A stretch of DNA of 64,000 nt from Eledone cirrhosa (GCA_964016885.1 OZ024740.1:158038001-158102000), one strand, 5' to 3'. Numbered from the stretch's first letter, positions 23,880 through 37,100 are shown. The notes: generated from the letters alone by a model not told the origin. Numbers and translations: made by a program.

Positions 23880-24937
23880 AAAAAGATGAAATAAGGAAAA
23901 AAGATGAAATCGAAAATGCAACTGGAGTCTTTTAAAAAAAATATATATATTTATTTGGTTCCTTTATATATATTCAAATATCAAATTTCTCAACGCTTCA
24001 TAAGTCAACCAACTTGTTTATAGTAATGGCCCAGTCAATGTTCTGTTACTCTGGAGTTTCTCCTGTCATCACACATACACGTACACACACGCATGCACAC
24101 ACACGCACACGCACGCGCGCGCGCGCGCGCACACACACATACACATACACACACACATGTATATATAATATATATATATATATAAGGAACAAAGATGAAA
24201 TCCAAAATGCAGCTGGAGTCTTTTTTTTTTAATATATATTTATTTGGTTCCTTTACCGGTTTCGCAGTTCTTCTGCTTTTCAAAAGTAGAATTGAGATGG
24301 AGGGTTTATGGTTTTTCTCACAAACCACAGACCCTCCATCTCAATTCTACTTTTGAAAAGCAGAAGAACTGCGAAATCGGTAAAGGAACCAAATAAATAT
24401 ATATTTAAAAAAAAAAGACTCCAGTTGCGTTTTCGATTTCATCTTTTTTACTTATATATATATATATGTAAAAGGTAAACAGAAATAACAACACAATCGG
24501 TACAGTATATGGAAGGTATATATTAGGTTGACGCTTGATATAGCAGGAAGAGGGTCTTAACGTTTCGGCCGCTAGTCCTTCATCAGAAGAAAGAATGAGA
24601 AATAAAATAGATTTAAGGGGGACGGGCGGGATAGAATTGGAAAAAATGTCTTTAGATAAAAATAATAGGTCCATTCATGTTGACATCTCTTGCAAAACTG
24701 TTGGTGCTGGAGTTTTGTGTATGATTTGTTTTTTAGAAAATATGTATATATACATGTGTGTGTGTATGTGCGCGCGCGTATATGTGTGCGTGCGTGTGTG
24801 TGCGTGTATGTGTGATGACAGGAGAAACTCCAGAGTAACAGAACATTGACTGGGCCTTTACTATGTGAATATATGTATATATAAACAAGTTGGTTGACTT
24901 ATGAAGCTTTGAGAAATTTGATATTTGAATATATATT
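23880..24937. repeat. Nested inverted repeats with inserted Penelope-like fragments
   Basis: 23968-24080 is inverted against 24805-24937, and 24190-24304 against 24331-24450. HHR on - at 24555-24590: tctt-CTGATGA-aggactagcggcc-GAAAC-gtta-aga. Confidence 0.8.
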
Positions 24938-25494
24938 CACCACAGTGCAGATAACTAATTTTCATACACGCGCGCGCGCACACACACACAAACGCACACA
25001 TATTGTTATACATTGGTAGCGTAATATGTATGTGTGTGTAACGTTTAAGACACACAGCCATACATATAGAGGGGATTTAATAGGAAGAACCGCGTCCTGT
25101 GCTTTTTACCCATGTTTTTCAACACACACACACACACACACATATGTGTGTGTGTGTGTGTATGTGTGTGTGTGTATATATATAACCATGCTTGCTTCGC
25201 CCTCTCTCTCCTTATTGGTGCTACTATAAATAGAACCTTCTAAGGGTTGACCCTTAACTAAAGAATACTTGGCATACCAAAGTGAAGTTCTTTGTTTGTT
25301 GGTTGTATTTTGTGCTTTTGATTTTCTTTTGTCTTGTTTGTTTCTTGTTGGTTGTTGCTTGTTGTCGTTATTTTTAATGGGTTAGTGAGGTGGGATACTT
25401 TCAAAATTGTCTGCCAAATCGTCTCTCGTCCCATCACATCCCTAACTTACATACTTACAATTCTATATCTCCCCTACTGGGTGGGAAGTGATCT

Positions 25495-25704
25495 AGTGGT
25501 CCCTAGTGATGGTTGTAGTGGTTCGTGTGTTTGTTGTTGTAGCGATGGTAGTGGTGATGATGGCGGCGGTGGCGGTGGTGGTGAGTTATAGTAGCTGTGT
25601 TGTTGCTGATGGTGATGACAAATGTGTTACTATTGGTCATGGGGATGGTGGTAGCGTTTGTAATGGTTGTGGTCATAGTGGTAGTGCTGATAGTGACGAA
25701 TGTA

Positions 25705-25762
<58 letters not shown>

Positions 25763-26260
25763 TGAGGAGGTGATGTTTTGTTTTGTCTTGTTAAAGTGCG
25801 GGTGGTGGTTTGTGGTGCTGGCGGTGTTTGTCGCGGTGGTTGTGGTATTTGTTGGTTGATGAGGGTTTAGATGGTAGTAGAGTGGTGGAAGATGGTGATG
25901 AGGTGAAGTAGAGTTTGAAGAGTGGAAGAGAAGGAAGAAAGGAAAGACGAGCAGGGGAAGGGTAAAGAAGAGGAGGAGGAGAATGAAGAGGAGGGGAGAG
26001 TGAGAGGGGGGGGGTGAAAAAGAGGGGAGAGGTGAAACATAAAGAAAAAAGTGTGAAGTGTAAGAAGTTACTTGTACTCTAAATAACTGGGTCTGTTGGT
26101 GGAAGTAGTACTAGTGGTGGTAGTGGTGGTGGTGCTGTGGAGGTGGTGGCGGTAGTAGTAGTGGTGGTGCTTGTAGTGGTGGTGGTAATGGTGTTGATGG
26201 CAGTAGTAGTAGTGGTGGTGATGTTGGTGGTGGTTGTAGTGGTGGTGGTAGTGGTGGTGA

Positions 26261-26304
<44 letters not shown>

Positions 26305-26379
26305 ATGGTGGTGGTTGTAGTGGTGGTGGTAGTGGTGTTGGTGGCAGTAGTAGTTGTGGTGTTAGTGGTGACGGTGTTT

Positions 26380-26444
<65 letters not shown>

Positions 26445-26466
26445 AGTGGCTGTAGTAGTGGTGGTG

Positions 26467-26535
<69 letters not shown>

Positions 26536-26565
26536 TTGGTGATGGTTGTAGTTGTGGTGGTGACA
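25495..26565. repeat. (GTA)n/(GTG)n low-complexity and GA-rich tracts
   Basis: Directly visible in the sequence. Confidence 0.9.
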
Positions 26566-26940
26566 TTGGGGTTTAACCCAAGTAGAGCATTCCAACCGTG
26601 ACCCTATCCCAGGGAAAGCAAGACTACCTTATCCAGAGTCTGATATTTTAAGGTTGTAGGATGAGATGAGGAAGATTTGGCTGCTATTTTTAGCAGATTG
26701 AGTCATCACTTAGAAGTTCTTTTCTTAACCTGTTGTTGTGGTGGTAGTAGTGGTATTGTTGACGTTTAACCCCCAAGTTTTCTCTGATCGAGTAGGCCTG
26801 CGTTCTAATTCATTCCAGCCGTGACCATCCTGGGTATTTCTCTATGTGCAGGGAAGCCAGGGCCACATTATCCAATGTCTTTGTTTGTAAAGACTAACAC
26901 GCAATCTGAAGGAGATATGGCTGCTATTTTTAGCATGTCT
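26565..26940 (+). repeat. Two diverged copies of an unclassified interspersed repeat (also at 28520-28900 and about 46640-46935)
   Basis: Shared motifs ttccagccgtgaccatcc, acattatcca and gatttggctgctattt(c/t)tagca. Confidence 0.6.
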
Positions 26941-28102
26941 AATGATCACATACAAGGGATGATCTTTTCGACTGGTTGAAATCCTTCATTCTCAGCCGAA
27001 AAGAAGTAGTCACGGTTCTAGGACAGCATTCTTCACCATATGAGATGTCATCTGGTGTACCACAGGGATCTGTTCTTGGTCGCCTTTTGTTTGTGGCATA
27101 TATTAATGACATAGATGCCAACTTACAGAATGCCACGGTACTGGAATATGCAGATGACATCAAGCTGTACCTTGAAATCAAAAGGACTGATCCTGAAATT
27201 TACAACTCTTTCCTACAATCAGACCTGGACACAATGCAGCAATGGATCACAGACTGGCAACTGAAGCTGGCTGTGGACAAGTGTACCACCATGCATTTTT
27301 GGAAGGAAAAATCCAGCGTCCACATACTCCCTCCACAACACTGATATCAAGAAGTCCTCTTGTGAACGTGACCTGGGCATTACTGTCAGCAGCGATTTGC
27401 GTTGGACAAAGCATGTCTCTAAGATTGTCAAGAAGGCCGAGGGTGTCTTGGCATCACTCAGCAAGACCTTTGTTAGCCGCTCTCCAGCCATCTATTTAAA
27501 ACTGTATACAGCTATGGTACGACCACACTTGGAATTCGTATCATCAGTCTGGAACCCCTATCTTGCTCAGAATATTGCCCTCCTGGAAACTGTTCAGAGA
27601 CGTGCAACCAAGCGCATACCCTCCATCAGACACCTACCATACTCTGAACGCCTTGCTTCCCTGGGCATGGATTCATTGAAGCTCCGACGTCTGGCAATGG
27701 ACTTGGTGAATACCCACAAAGTTATTAACCATCTCGCCAATTGCAACCCTGAGCACCTTTTTGATCTCCATGTGTCTAACACACGTGGACATGCCTACAA
27801 AGTCAGAAAACAGCACAGCTCCCATGACTTTCGTAGACATTTTTTCACGCTCAGAGTTGCTGAAGCATGGAACAAACTGCCTGCGTCAGTTGTTAGCTGC
27901 CGAGACACTGCATCCTTTAAGACACTCATGCTTCCCGAAATACGCCAAAACTACACCTGATGTACCCCTTCCATACACATGCACACATGTGTGTATCATG
28001 ACTCGTGCACTGTTCATTTTACTGATGTTTGTGCATTGCCCTATGTACTGTACATGCACTTTTTGATGAGTTGTGGTGCACCTGGGCACTGTACACAATA
28101 TT

Positions 28103-28150
<48 letters not shown>

Positions 28151-28275
28151 CATGACTCATACACTGTTCATTTTCCTGACATTTGTACATTATTCTATGT
28201 ACTATACATACACCTTTGATGAGTTGTAGTGCACCTGAGCACTGTACACAATAATTTCATTATTATTATTATTAA
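26940..28275 (+). mobile_element. CR1-clade LINE, 5'-truncated, with (ATT)n tail and a duplicated 3' UTR end
   Basis: SGVPQGSVLG, YADDIKL, VRPHLEF..VWNP and TRGH..K..FFT.RV...WNKLP motifs with a frameshift near 27300. Tail at 28105-28149 and a second 3' end at 28150-28273. Confidence 0.92.
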
Positions 28276-28320
28276 GACCCCTCGTTGGCTCGTGGCTGGG
28301 TGATATTGGTAGCTGTCATA

Positions 28321-28506
28321 ATTTTTTCTACTTTTGGCACAAGGCCATCAATTACCCAGTACATTACTGGTATTTTATTTTATCGACCCCGTAAGGATGA
28401 AAGGCAAAGTTAACCTCAGCGGGATTTGAACTCAGACCGCAAAGGGACGTAACTATGCTGGAAAGCATGGCGTCCGACCCTCTACCGATACTGCCAATCC
28501 ACCACC
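28321..28506 (-). mobile_element. Full-length SINE with 17-bp TSD
   Basis: TSD ttggtag(c/a)tgtcataat on both sides. A and B boxes present. Confidence 0.9.
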
Positions 28507-28630
28507 CTTGGTAGATGTCATAATGCTACAGTTTAGACTTAACTCTGATTCGACCTATAATTAAAGACTTTCCAACAATGACTAATCCGTCGTTTTGTGT
28601 CATCATTGACTACATTATCTCATGAGGAAA

Positions 28631-28815
28631 GGGCGGTGGATTGGCAGTATCGGTAGAGGGTCGGACGCCATGCTTTCCAGCATAGTTACGTCCCTTTACG
28701 ATCTGAGTTCAAATCCCGCCGAGGTTGACTTTGCCTTTCATCCTTACGGGGTCGATAAAATAAAGTACCAGTAATGCACTGGATAATTGCTGGCCTTGTG
28801 CCTAAAGTAGAAACA
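28631..28815 (+). mobile_element. Full-length SINE with perfect 17-bp TSD
   Basis: TSD ATTATCTCATGAGGAAA at 28614-28630 and 28816-28832. A box TGGCAGTATCGG, B box GAGTTCAAATCC. Confidence 0.95.
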
Positions 28816-28986
28816 ATTATCTCATGAGGAAATCCTTTATTAAGGGACATTTACTGCTATTTCTAGCAGGTCGATTGACCACGTAGAGTTTTCTTTCTTG
28901 TCACATGCAGGAGGTTGATATGTTGGTAGCGATAACTGTTGAGGGGGCAGTAGTAGGAGTAGGAGTAGTAGTAGTAGTACTAGTAC

Positions 28987-29040
<54 letters not shown>

Positions 29041-29050
29041 CAGCAGCAGC

Positions 29051-29091
<41 letters not shown>

Positions 29092-29235
29092 CAGCAGCAG
29101 CAGAAGCAGCAGAAGCAGTAGTGGTAGTAGTAGTAGTAGTGGTGTTGGTGGTGGTAGTTGTGGCAGTGATCGTTGTGGATCGTTGTGCTAATAGTTGTAC
29201 AGTTTGGTGAGTGGGAGACAGTTGTAATAGCATTG

Positions 29236-30030
29236 CGATGGATTGGTAGTATCGGTAGAAAGTCGCAGCATAGAGTTATGGCCCGTTACGGTCTGAGTTT
29301 AAATCCCGCCGAGGTAGTTTTGCCTTTCAGCCTTACAGGGTCGATAAAATAAAGTACCAGTAATGCACTAAGGTCGATTTAATCAACTTTCCCCTTCTCT
29401 TCAAATTGCTGGCCTTGTGCCTAGATCAGAAACCATCGGTACAGAGTAGGACGCCATGCTTTGATGGATCTGAGTTCAAATCCCGCTGAGGTTAACTTTG
29501 CCTTTCATCCTTAGAGGGTCGATAAAATAAAGTACCAGTAATGTACTGGGTAGTTGCTGGCCTGGTGCCAAATGTAGAAACAATTATTAATACTGGCAAT
29601 AGGGCAGTGGGTCGGCAGAATCGTTAGTGTCAGACATGTTTCGTGGTATATAGTTACGTCCCTTCACGTTCTGAGTTCAAATCCCGCCGAGGTTAGCCAT
29701 GTCTTTCATCCTTACAGGGTCGATCAAATAAAGTACCAGTAATGCACTTGGGTCGATTTAATCGAGTTTCCCTTCCCCCCAAATTGCTGGCCTTGTGCCT
29801 AAATCAGAAACAATTATTAGTAGTTGCAGTGGATTTGCAGTATCGCTAGAGGGTCAGGCGCCATGCTTTGCAGCATAGAGTTACGGCCCTTTATGATCTG
29901 AGTTCAAATCCTGCCGAGGTTAACTTAGCCTTACCGGGTTAACTTAGCCTTACGGTGTCGATAAAATAAAACACCAGTAATACACTGGGATAATTGCTGG
30001 CCTTATGCCAAAAGTAGAAAAACATTATTA
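29236..30030 (+). mobile_element. Head-to-tail cluster of four SINE copies of mixed subtypes
   Basis: Units start at about 29236, 29436, 29601 and 29826, with long- and short-tail variants alternating. Confidence 0.9.
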
Positions 30031-30569
30031 GTAGTTGCAGTTGTGATAGCAATGGTTGCAGTGGTAGTGATGATGGTCGAATGGGTGGTAATGGTAGTAG
30101 CTGTTTTAGTAGCGGTTACGGTTGAGTTAGTGGTAACGGTTATACCGCTGATCCGGTAGTGAGGGTGATGGTGGTTGTGGCAGCGATGGCAGTGGTGGGG
30201 TGTATTGATGGTTTCCGTGTTTTCGTTTCAGATGAAAGACAAGCGTTCGAAACGTTAGGATATTATTTATTCTTTCCTTTTAATCGTTATGCTAATATAC
30301 TTTTATTGTAATATCCTGTTTCATCATTGATTCTTATTGACAGGAATTTATAACGCATTATACATTTCAATGCGTCAGACTGGAAAGACCTCAACGTACA
30401 AACATCGAGTATATTTATTATATTATTCTAGTGACAAATAAACATATAATGTTTAAAAGTATACCTACACATACACATACACACACGTATATGCATAAAT
30501 ATAGTGTTATTATCGTTATGGGGATTCTACTTTACTTAAGTATATAGTGTACTAAGTTGAAAAATGGTC

Positions 30570-30622
<53 letters not shown>

Positions 30623-30707
30623 ACCAAGACACCATAGTGAAAAACCAATATATGGAACATTATATTATGTAACATTCTCTCATTATTTTAATTTATATTC
30701 CTTTGAA

Positions 30708-30827
30708 GTTCCGATGAGCCGCTCTGTCGTTTAAATATGTTAATTATTTTCAACTGAACCAGATCAATTATGATATATAGTCATCTGATCCAGAAATATT
30801 ATATGGAGTAGCGAAACAATTGTAAAC
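30708..30827 (+). ncRNA. Hammerhead-like motif with CCGATGA variant core and long stem II
   Basis: gtt-CCGATGA-gccgctctgt...atggagtagc-GAAAC-aattGTA-aac. Confidence 0.5.
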
Positions 30828-31046
30828 GGACATTATTATTATTAATATTATTATTAAATAAAGTACCAGTAATACACTGGAATAATTGCTGGCCTTGTGC
30901 CAAAAGTAGAAACAATTATTATTAATATTATTATTATTATTATTATTCTCTACATTTCTTACATCAAACTAAAATATGTTGACAATCTTTTAATAATGTC
31001 TTCCTTGTGAAATTTGTGGTCTTGTTTTGCTTAACTAATGAATAAA

Positions 31047-31106
<60 letters not shown>

Positions 31107-31110
<4 letters not shown>

Positions 31111-31290
31111 GTTTCTACTTTTGGTACAAGGCCAGCAATTACCCAGTACATTAAGGTACTTTATTTTATCGACCTCGTAAGGATGAAAGGCAAAGTTAAC
31201 TTCGGCGGGATTTTGAACTCAGATTGTAAAGGGACGTAACTATGCTGGAAAGCATGTCTGACCCTCTACAGATACTGCCAATTCACCGAT
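31107..31290 (-). mobile_element. SINE copy
   Basis: Core, B box and A-box remnant present. Confidence 0.88.
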
Positions 31291-31445
31291 ATAATATTAT
31301 TCAAAATATTAACAAATGAAAAATATTCACATAATCAAAACATATGCTTTATTATATATATTTCAAAGGTACTGTGTTGTTTTTTCAGTACGTCCTCGTC
31401 AGATAAAATATATGATTTGATATATGACATACCGCTACGGTCTTG

Positions 31446-31492
<47 letters not shown>

Positions 31493-31664
31493 TATGCATG
31501 GGCTCGCTAATCTAGCAACCTATATGCATTGAGCACAGCAACCTTCTCTCTACTGGCTTGTAATCTGCATAACCAATCAACTTTCCGGCCGACTGAACTC
31601 ACTCGATATGCAAATTAGGCTGTTCAGCCGTTAATATGCATAAAGAAAGTATATACTTTCAGAC

Positions 31665-31751
31665 GTTCAACCATCTGGCAGGAAGGTATACGGTGCTGAC
31701 GATAGCTAATAAGCTTGAAACTAGTACATCGTTCCTATGTCAGTGTTGAAC
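31665..31751 (+). ncRNA. Canonical type-I hammerhead with extended stem I
   Basis: cggtg-CTGACGA-tagctaataagctt-GAAA-ctaGTA-catcg at 31691-31731. Outer pairing gttcaac..ctggcaggaa / ttcct..gtcag.gttgaac. Confidence 0.75.
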
Positions 31752-32014
31752 AAAAAGGTGACGCGGTTGCCTAAACAATGTACGGCGTAATTCAGGCTGT
31801 TTGTTTACAAACAAACAAACCGATCATTATAATAAATGTTCAGTAAACCGATACGTGCATATATATATGAGTGCATGTATGTATATATATACATACTACT
31901 GTACGTCTGTATACATATATGAATGTATGTACGTATACATACATACATACATACTAACATTTAAGTAAGTGCCGTACTAAGTGTGAGAAATGAAATTTCG
32001 TTTCATTCTATTCC

Positions 32015-32080
<66 letters not shown>

Positions 32081-32083
<3 letters not shown>

Positions 32084-32660
32084 CGCTACAGTTCGGGCCG
32101 CCTTCCACACCATGCCGCCCTCAACGAGGTCATAAAGCATGGCTTGGATGCTGCAGGCTTCCCCTCCCAGCTCGAGCCGGTTGGGCTGGACCGAGGGGTC
32201 GGCAAAAGGCCTGACGCCATTGAACATCTTCCCGCCCCGCAGTGGCAAAGCCCTCGTCTTGGATACCACTTGCAGCGACACTTTCTCCAGCCGTAACCTG
32301 GTGCAGTCTGCGACTAACCCAGGTTCTGCTGCACTTCGGGCTGAGGAGGACAAACTCTCCAAGTATCGGTCGCTCTCCGACAGATTTGTGGTCGTGCCCC
32401 TAGCAGTGGAGAGTTCTGGTGTCCTTGGCCCTAGAGCTATCCCCCTACCTACCACCATAGGTGCTGAGCTGGCTAACTGCAGGTGTGAGCCTCACGGGGT
32501 GGAATGGCTCTTGCAACGCATCTCCCTTACCATCCTCCAGGGAAACGCCTTTTCCATTCTGTCCACCGGGGTCGTGGGGCGGCAAGCACGTGGGGCCCCA
32601 TTTGCTCATAATACAGAGAGATTGGGAGTGCAAGAGAGATTGAGGCGTTGACAGTGGGAG
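32081..32660 (+). mobile_element. 3' fragment of a CRE-like RLE non-LTR retrotransposon
   Basis: SGKALVLDTTCSDT, AEEDKLSKYRSL, VPLAVESSGVLG and LQRISLTILQGNA endonuclease C-terminal motifs. Starts at the edge of (TA)n. Confidence 0.8.
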
Positions 32661-33214
32661 TTCGGCTCCTCCGTGTTCGGATCTAGTGTGCAGCGTCAGT
32701 TGTCCGTAGGGAGGTAGTGGTTTGTACTTAGCGAAGGTTTTTAGAACGTTGTGTTTGCGATTCCTGTATGTATCATTATATGTTTGGGTACAACGTAATC
32801 CTCTTACAGAATTCATCACAAAAGACCATGTGATTGTGTTAGTTGTAAATATATACAACAGCGACGTTATTTAAGTAGACTGACAAAGTGTTATATATTT
32901 TGGGGTGGAATATCTATTGGCTTATTGTTAAGACACGAAAAACTACAACATGAACAAAGAGAAAGTTGTTTAAAATATATATACTCAAATCCATTGCTTT
33001 CGATCTCCTCGCTTACAATTTGCACAACAAATCCATTTGGAACACATGCAGACTAACACAATATGAACTCTGAGCTGACCTATAGCTAACCTCTGTCTGA
33101 CATGACTTGATCCTACTTCCTCAAAAATAAGAACAATAGGAACCTCCAGTTTTTTTTTATTACATGACACGATATCCATATAAGTCACTCATCACCAGTT
33201 AACAAATATTATTG

Positions 33215-33575
33215 GATTGGCAGTATCGGTAGAGGGTCGGATGCCATGCTTTCCAGCATAGTTACGTCCCTTTACGATCTGAGTTCAAATCCCGCCGAGG
33301 TTGACTTTGCCTTTCATCCTTACGGGGTCGATAAAATAAAGTACCAGTAATGCACTGGGTTATTGCTGGCCTTGTGCCTAAAATAGAAACAATTATGTTA
33401 AATTATAAGATTACTATTTATATCATCAACATGGCTGGGATAGGCTGGAACGTCGAACAAATGCTTAACAGTATTTGGCCCGGCTCTTTAGTTTCTGAGT
33501 ACAAATTTGCCGGTGTCAACTTTGCCTTTCACACTTCCGAGGTCGATAAAATATAGTTAAAGTATTGGTGTCGAC
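33215..33575 (+). mobile_element. One young and one old SINE copy
   Basis: 33215-33395 is almost identical to 28631-28815. 33430-33575 is diverged. Confidence 0.88.
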
Positions 33576-34734
33576 AGAGATTAAAAGATTATTGAAAATC
33601 CCTTGTTAAAATTCCACCTACTTGAAAAGAACACTAACAAAATACCATTCTCTTCACATATTTGTGCATTCCGAGGTTCCCCACAGAGACATTCATTATT
33701 TTTTATAGATTTTTTTATTATTCTTATATATATATATATATATATATATACATGTCTGAAAGATCTGATGTAGGGATGAGTATGTATTGTAGTGTGTTGG
33801 GTTTGGACGATTCTGTTGTTGATGTTAACGAGGTAGTTTTTGTAGAAGTTGGTTGTTTTGTTGTTGCATTTGGGGTTTCTTTTGTTGTTGTATTACAGAC
33901 TGTTTGACTTGCTGTTGACTTGCACTGTTGGTGGCGTGGCTGCTGCATTTGTGGTGTCGGCAATAGTAGGGTACCTTCGACTTTTCATCACTCGCTGTTG
34001 GCAGAAAGCTCTTAAGTGATATAAAACCCTTTACTGTTACAACCAAATGGTTTGGGGGAAATTGATCGTCCGACAGAGCAGTCAGATCAGAGATGGTTGG
34101 CTTCTATCTGCTCCTGCTTGGTTTAGATGTGGATCTTTATATCTACCCCTGGTTACTTCTCTCTGCGTATCTTGTAAAAACTCAGGATTGCCATTTCGGC
34201 AACGATTGTCGTCACAAACCAGAGGGCGTGTAATTCAAACGGCATCAACCACCCTGGTCTTCACTAGATAACTGAGAAAAGCAACAAGTTTCTCATTTCT
34301 TAGTGGTGTTGTAGAGTACTCTTGCCTCGGCTTCCGTTGGGAAACTTACGACCACAGTGCCATATATTTTCCCTCGTGTGGTGTGGGTTTTCTGTCCTCA
34401 CACATGACCTAGATATATTTGGATTTAGGCCTCGCTTGTTCTTTTTACTTTTCGCGATTTTACTCCAATGCAGTGATATGTAATCGTGAATCACCTCGTT
34501 TGTTCTACTGCATGGAATGGGGGTATTTAGGCTCACTTTTCGCTCATTCATGTTTAGTATATGCTTGGCCTTTTGAGATCTTCATTTAAGATGACATTTT
34601 CAAAGCCGTTGGCAGCACTTGTGAATGAATTCCATTTTGCAGCTGCTTGTCTGTATACTCTGCCATTGCTGTTGTTGTTACTATTTTCGATGTATATCAA
34701 ACTGGAAGTCATATTAGTGGTAGTGGTAGTGGTG

Positions 34735-34920
34735 GCAGGAAGGGAAAAGTCGATTAAATCGACCAAAGTGCGTTACTGGTACTTTATTTTATCGACCCCG
34801 TAAGGATGAAAAACAAAGCTAACCTCGGCAGGATTTGAACTCAGAACGTGAAGGGACGTAACTATATACCACAAAACATGCCTGACACTAACGATTCTGC
34901 CTCGGCGGGATTTGAACGCA
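34735..34920 (-). mobile_element. SINE copy (second head subtype)
   Basis: Core and B box present. Head matches the 29601 unit. Confidence 0.85.
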
Positions 34921-35099
34921 AAATATCTGCCATAACATCTAATTCTTTGCGAGTCGGCATGACAAAATGGAGTAGAACCCTCTTCTTAAACCATAACAAA
35001 GGAATAATACAGTCAGAGTAACGTAAATTTGATGGTGGAATCTTTCAAGATGATTCTCTCTCCCTCTCCTCTTTTTCCTTGCTCTCTTTCCAATACTAA

Positions 35100-37100
35100 G
35101 TGAGCTCAACAACACGAGATACGTGTATATGATGAACAGCAACAATGAATTCATTAACCATTTGTTTTTTATGGATGATCTCAAATGTTACACTAAAAAC
35201 CTCCAAGAGTTAGAAGGACGTTTAACAATAGTAAAGCAATTTACCAATAACATTGGCATGGAATTTAGTCTTTACAAATGTGACAAAGGAATGTTAAAAG
35301 AGGAAAGCTAACAAAAACATCATCTGTTAAACTCGATATAGATACAACCATACAGGAATTAGACCCAGACGGTACCTATAATACCTTGGCATAAACAAAG
35401 GTGATGGAATTAAACATAATCAAATAAAGGAGAAAATACAGAAAGAATATTACAGAAGATTAAGGCTGATCCTGAAAACTGAACTAAATTCTCAAAACCG
35501 CTTCCAGGCTATTAAGACCTTAGCTGTATCAGTGGTACGATACAGTTCTAACATCATAAATTGGAACTTATCTGATCTTCAAAGAATGGACACAAAACCT
35601 CGGAAACTCCTTACAGCCAACGAAATGCATCACCCCAAAGCAGACATAGATTGCCTATATTTGCCAAGACAAGAAGGAGGAGAGGGCTAATCCAACTGGA
35701 ACTGTCATACAAAACAGCAACGATATGCCTACAAACGTACCTAAAGGATACCAATGATTGGATGATGGTGTCAATAAGAGATTACGATAACCAAAGGAAA
35801 TTCCACTCAGCACTCAAAGAAGCAGAAAAGTACAATAAGGAATTGAGAATTGAAGACGTACATCATCTAAATAATGAAGCTGACATTATTCCAACTAAGG
35901 CAGCAAAATTCCACAGAAGCAAGTCGAAGTTAGAAGGTCTAAAATATTTAGAGAAAGATAGCAACAAAGACCTCTGCAAGGCCAATTCGCACATCGCATC
36001 CAAAACGCTAATGTAGATCACAAACCCATCATCGGCTGCGAGGTTCGGCATTAAAGGCTGAAACAGAAGGATTTATTTTTTGCTGCGCAGGACCAGAGCC
36101 GCTTTACTAGGGATTATCAGGCAAATATTCTCTGAGACGGAGCTGACCCGAATTGCAGAATATTTGACGTACATCTTGAAACTATTTACCATATAATATC
36201 AGTATGGCTCCCACTAGCACCAACTGAATATCAGAGCAGACATAATAGGGTGGGGTAATACATCCACTGGGTAATATTCAAACAATACTATGCACAACAT
36301 GCAGAAAATTGGTATTAACATAGACGACAAACAATAATAGAAACTATAGAAAATAGAAAGGAGTAACAATACTTTAGGACTTAACCATCCACACAGATCG
36401 TACTATTAATGCAAATCGTCATGATATTAAGTACCAGTAATGTAGTGGGTAATTGCTGGCCTTGTGCCAAAAGTAGAAACAATTATTATTAAAGATTTTA
36501 AAAACAAGACATGCTTACTCATTGACATGGCTGTGTCGTCTGATAGATATGAGTCTGCAAAGATTATGAAAAACTTGCAAAGCATATAGATCTTGAAATA
36601 GTGATAAACAGAAAGTGGTACAATTAAACCTAAACTATTCTGGTATTATCAGGAGCAGTAGGTCCCATAAAAATAAATGTTCAAAAGTTTCTAGAAAACA
36701 TACCTAGCATCTATGAAATCCAAAAGATAGTTCTAACCAGTACCACCCGAATACTTCGTAATTTTTTGTCTTTGTAATATATGACCACACAGAACCTTTT
36801 ATGTTTAATTTTTATAGTAAACTTAATTGATATTTGATACCATGCAACATTAATTTATATCTTTTATAATCTTTATACTTATTGTTATCCCCTCCTACCT
36901 TTTTATATTTATTTTCTCAATTTGTTTGTTTTACCTATTAAATTTTGTGATGGGACTTGTGAAGCGAATATGAGGAGGGAACAATGAAAAAGAAACCTAT
37001 CAAAAACTGTCAAAATAAATGATGCCCGTCCTAAGGACCTGGTTGATACTCAGTAGTCATTGCATATAAAGCGAAATCAAAGGGAAAATACAATAATAAT
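35100..37100 (+). mobile_element. Degenerate R4/Dong-like non-LTR retrotransposon (RT motif 5 to RLE end) with a nested SINE fragment at 36428-36490
   Basis: INHLFFMDDLKCY, GMEFSLYKC, MHHPKADIDCL, LKAETEGF..AAQDQ and degenerate zinc-knuckle/RLE motifs. Ends in an (AAT)n run at about 37092. Confidence 0.88.

Noticed and set aside
29236-30030. CRISPR-like repeated motif with variable intervening sequence
   Set aside because: The units are ~190-bp SINEs with A/B boxes, the context is eukaryotic, and there are no cas genes.
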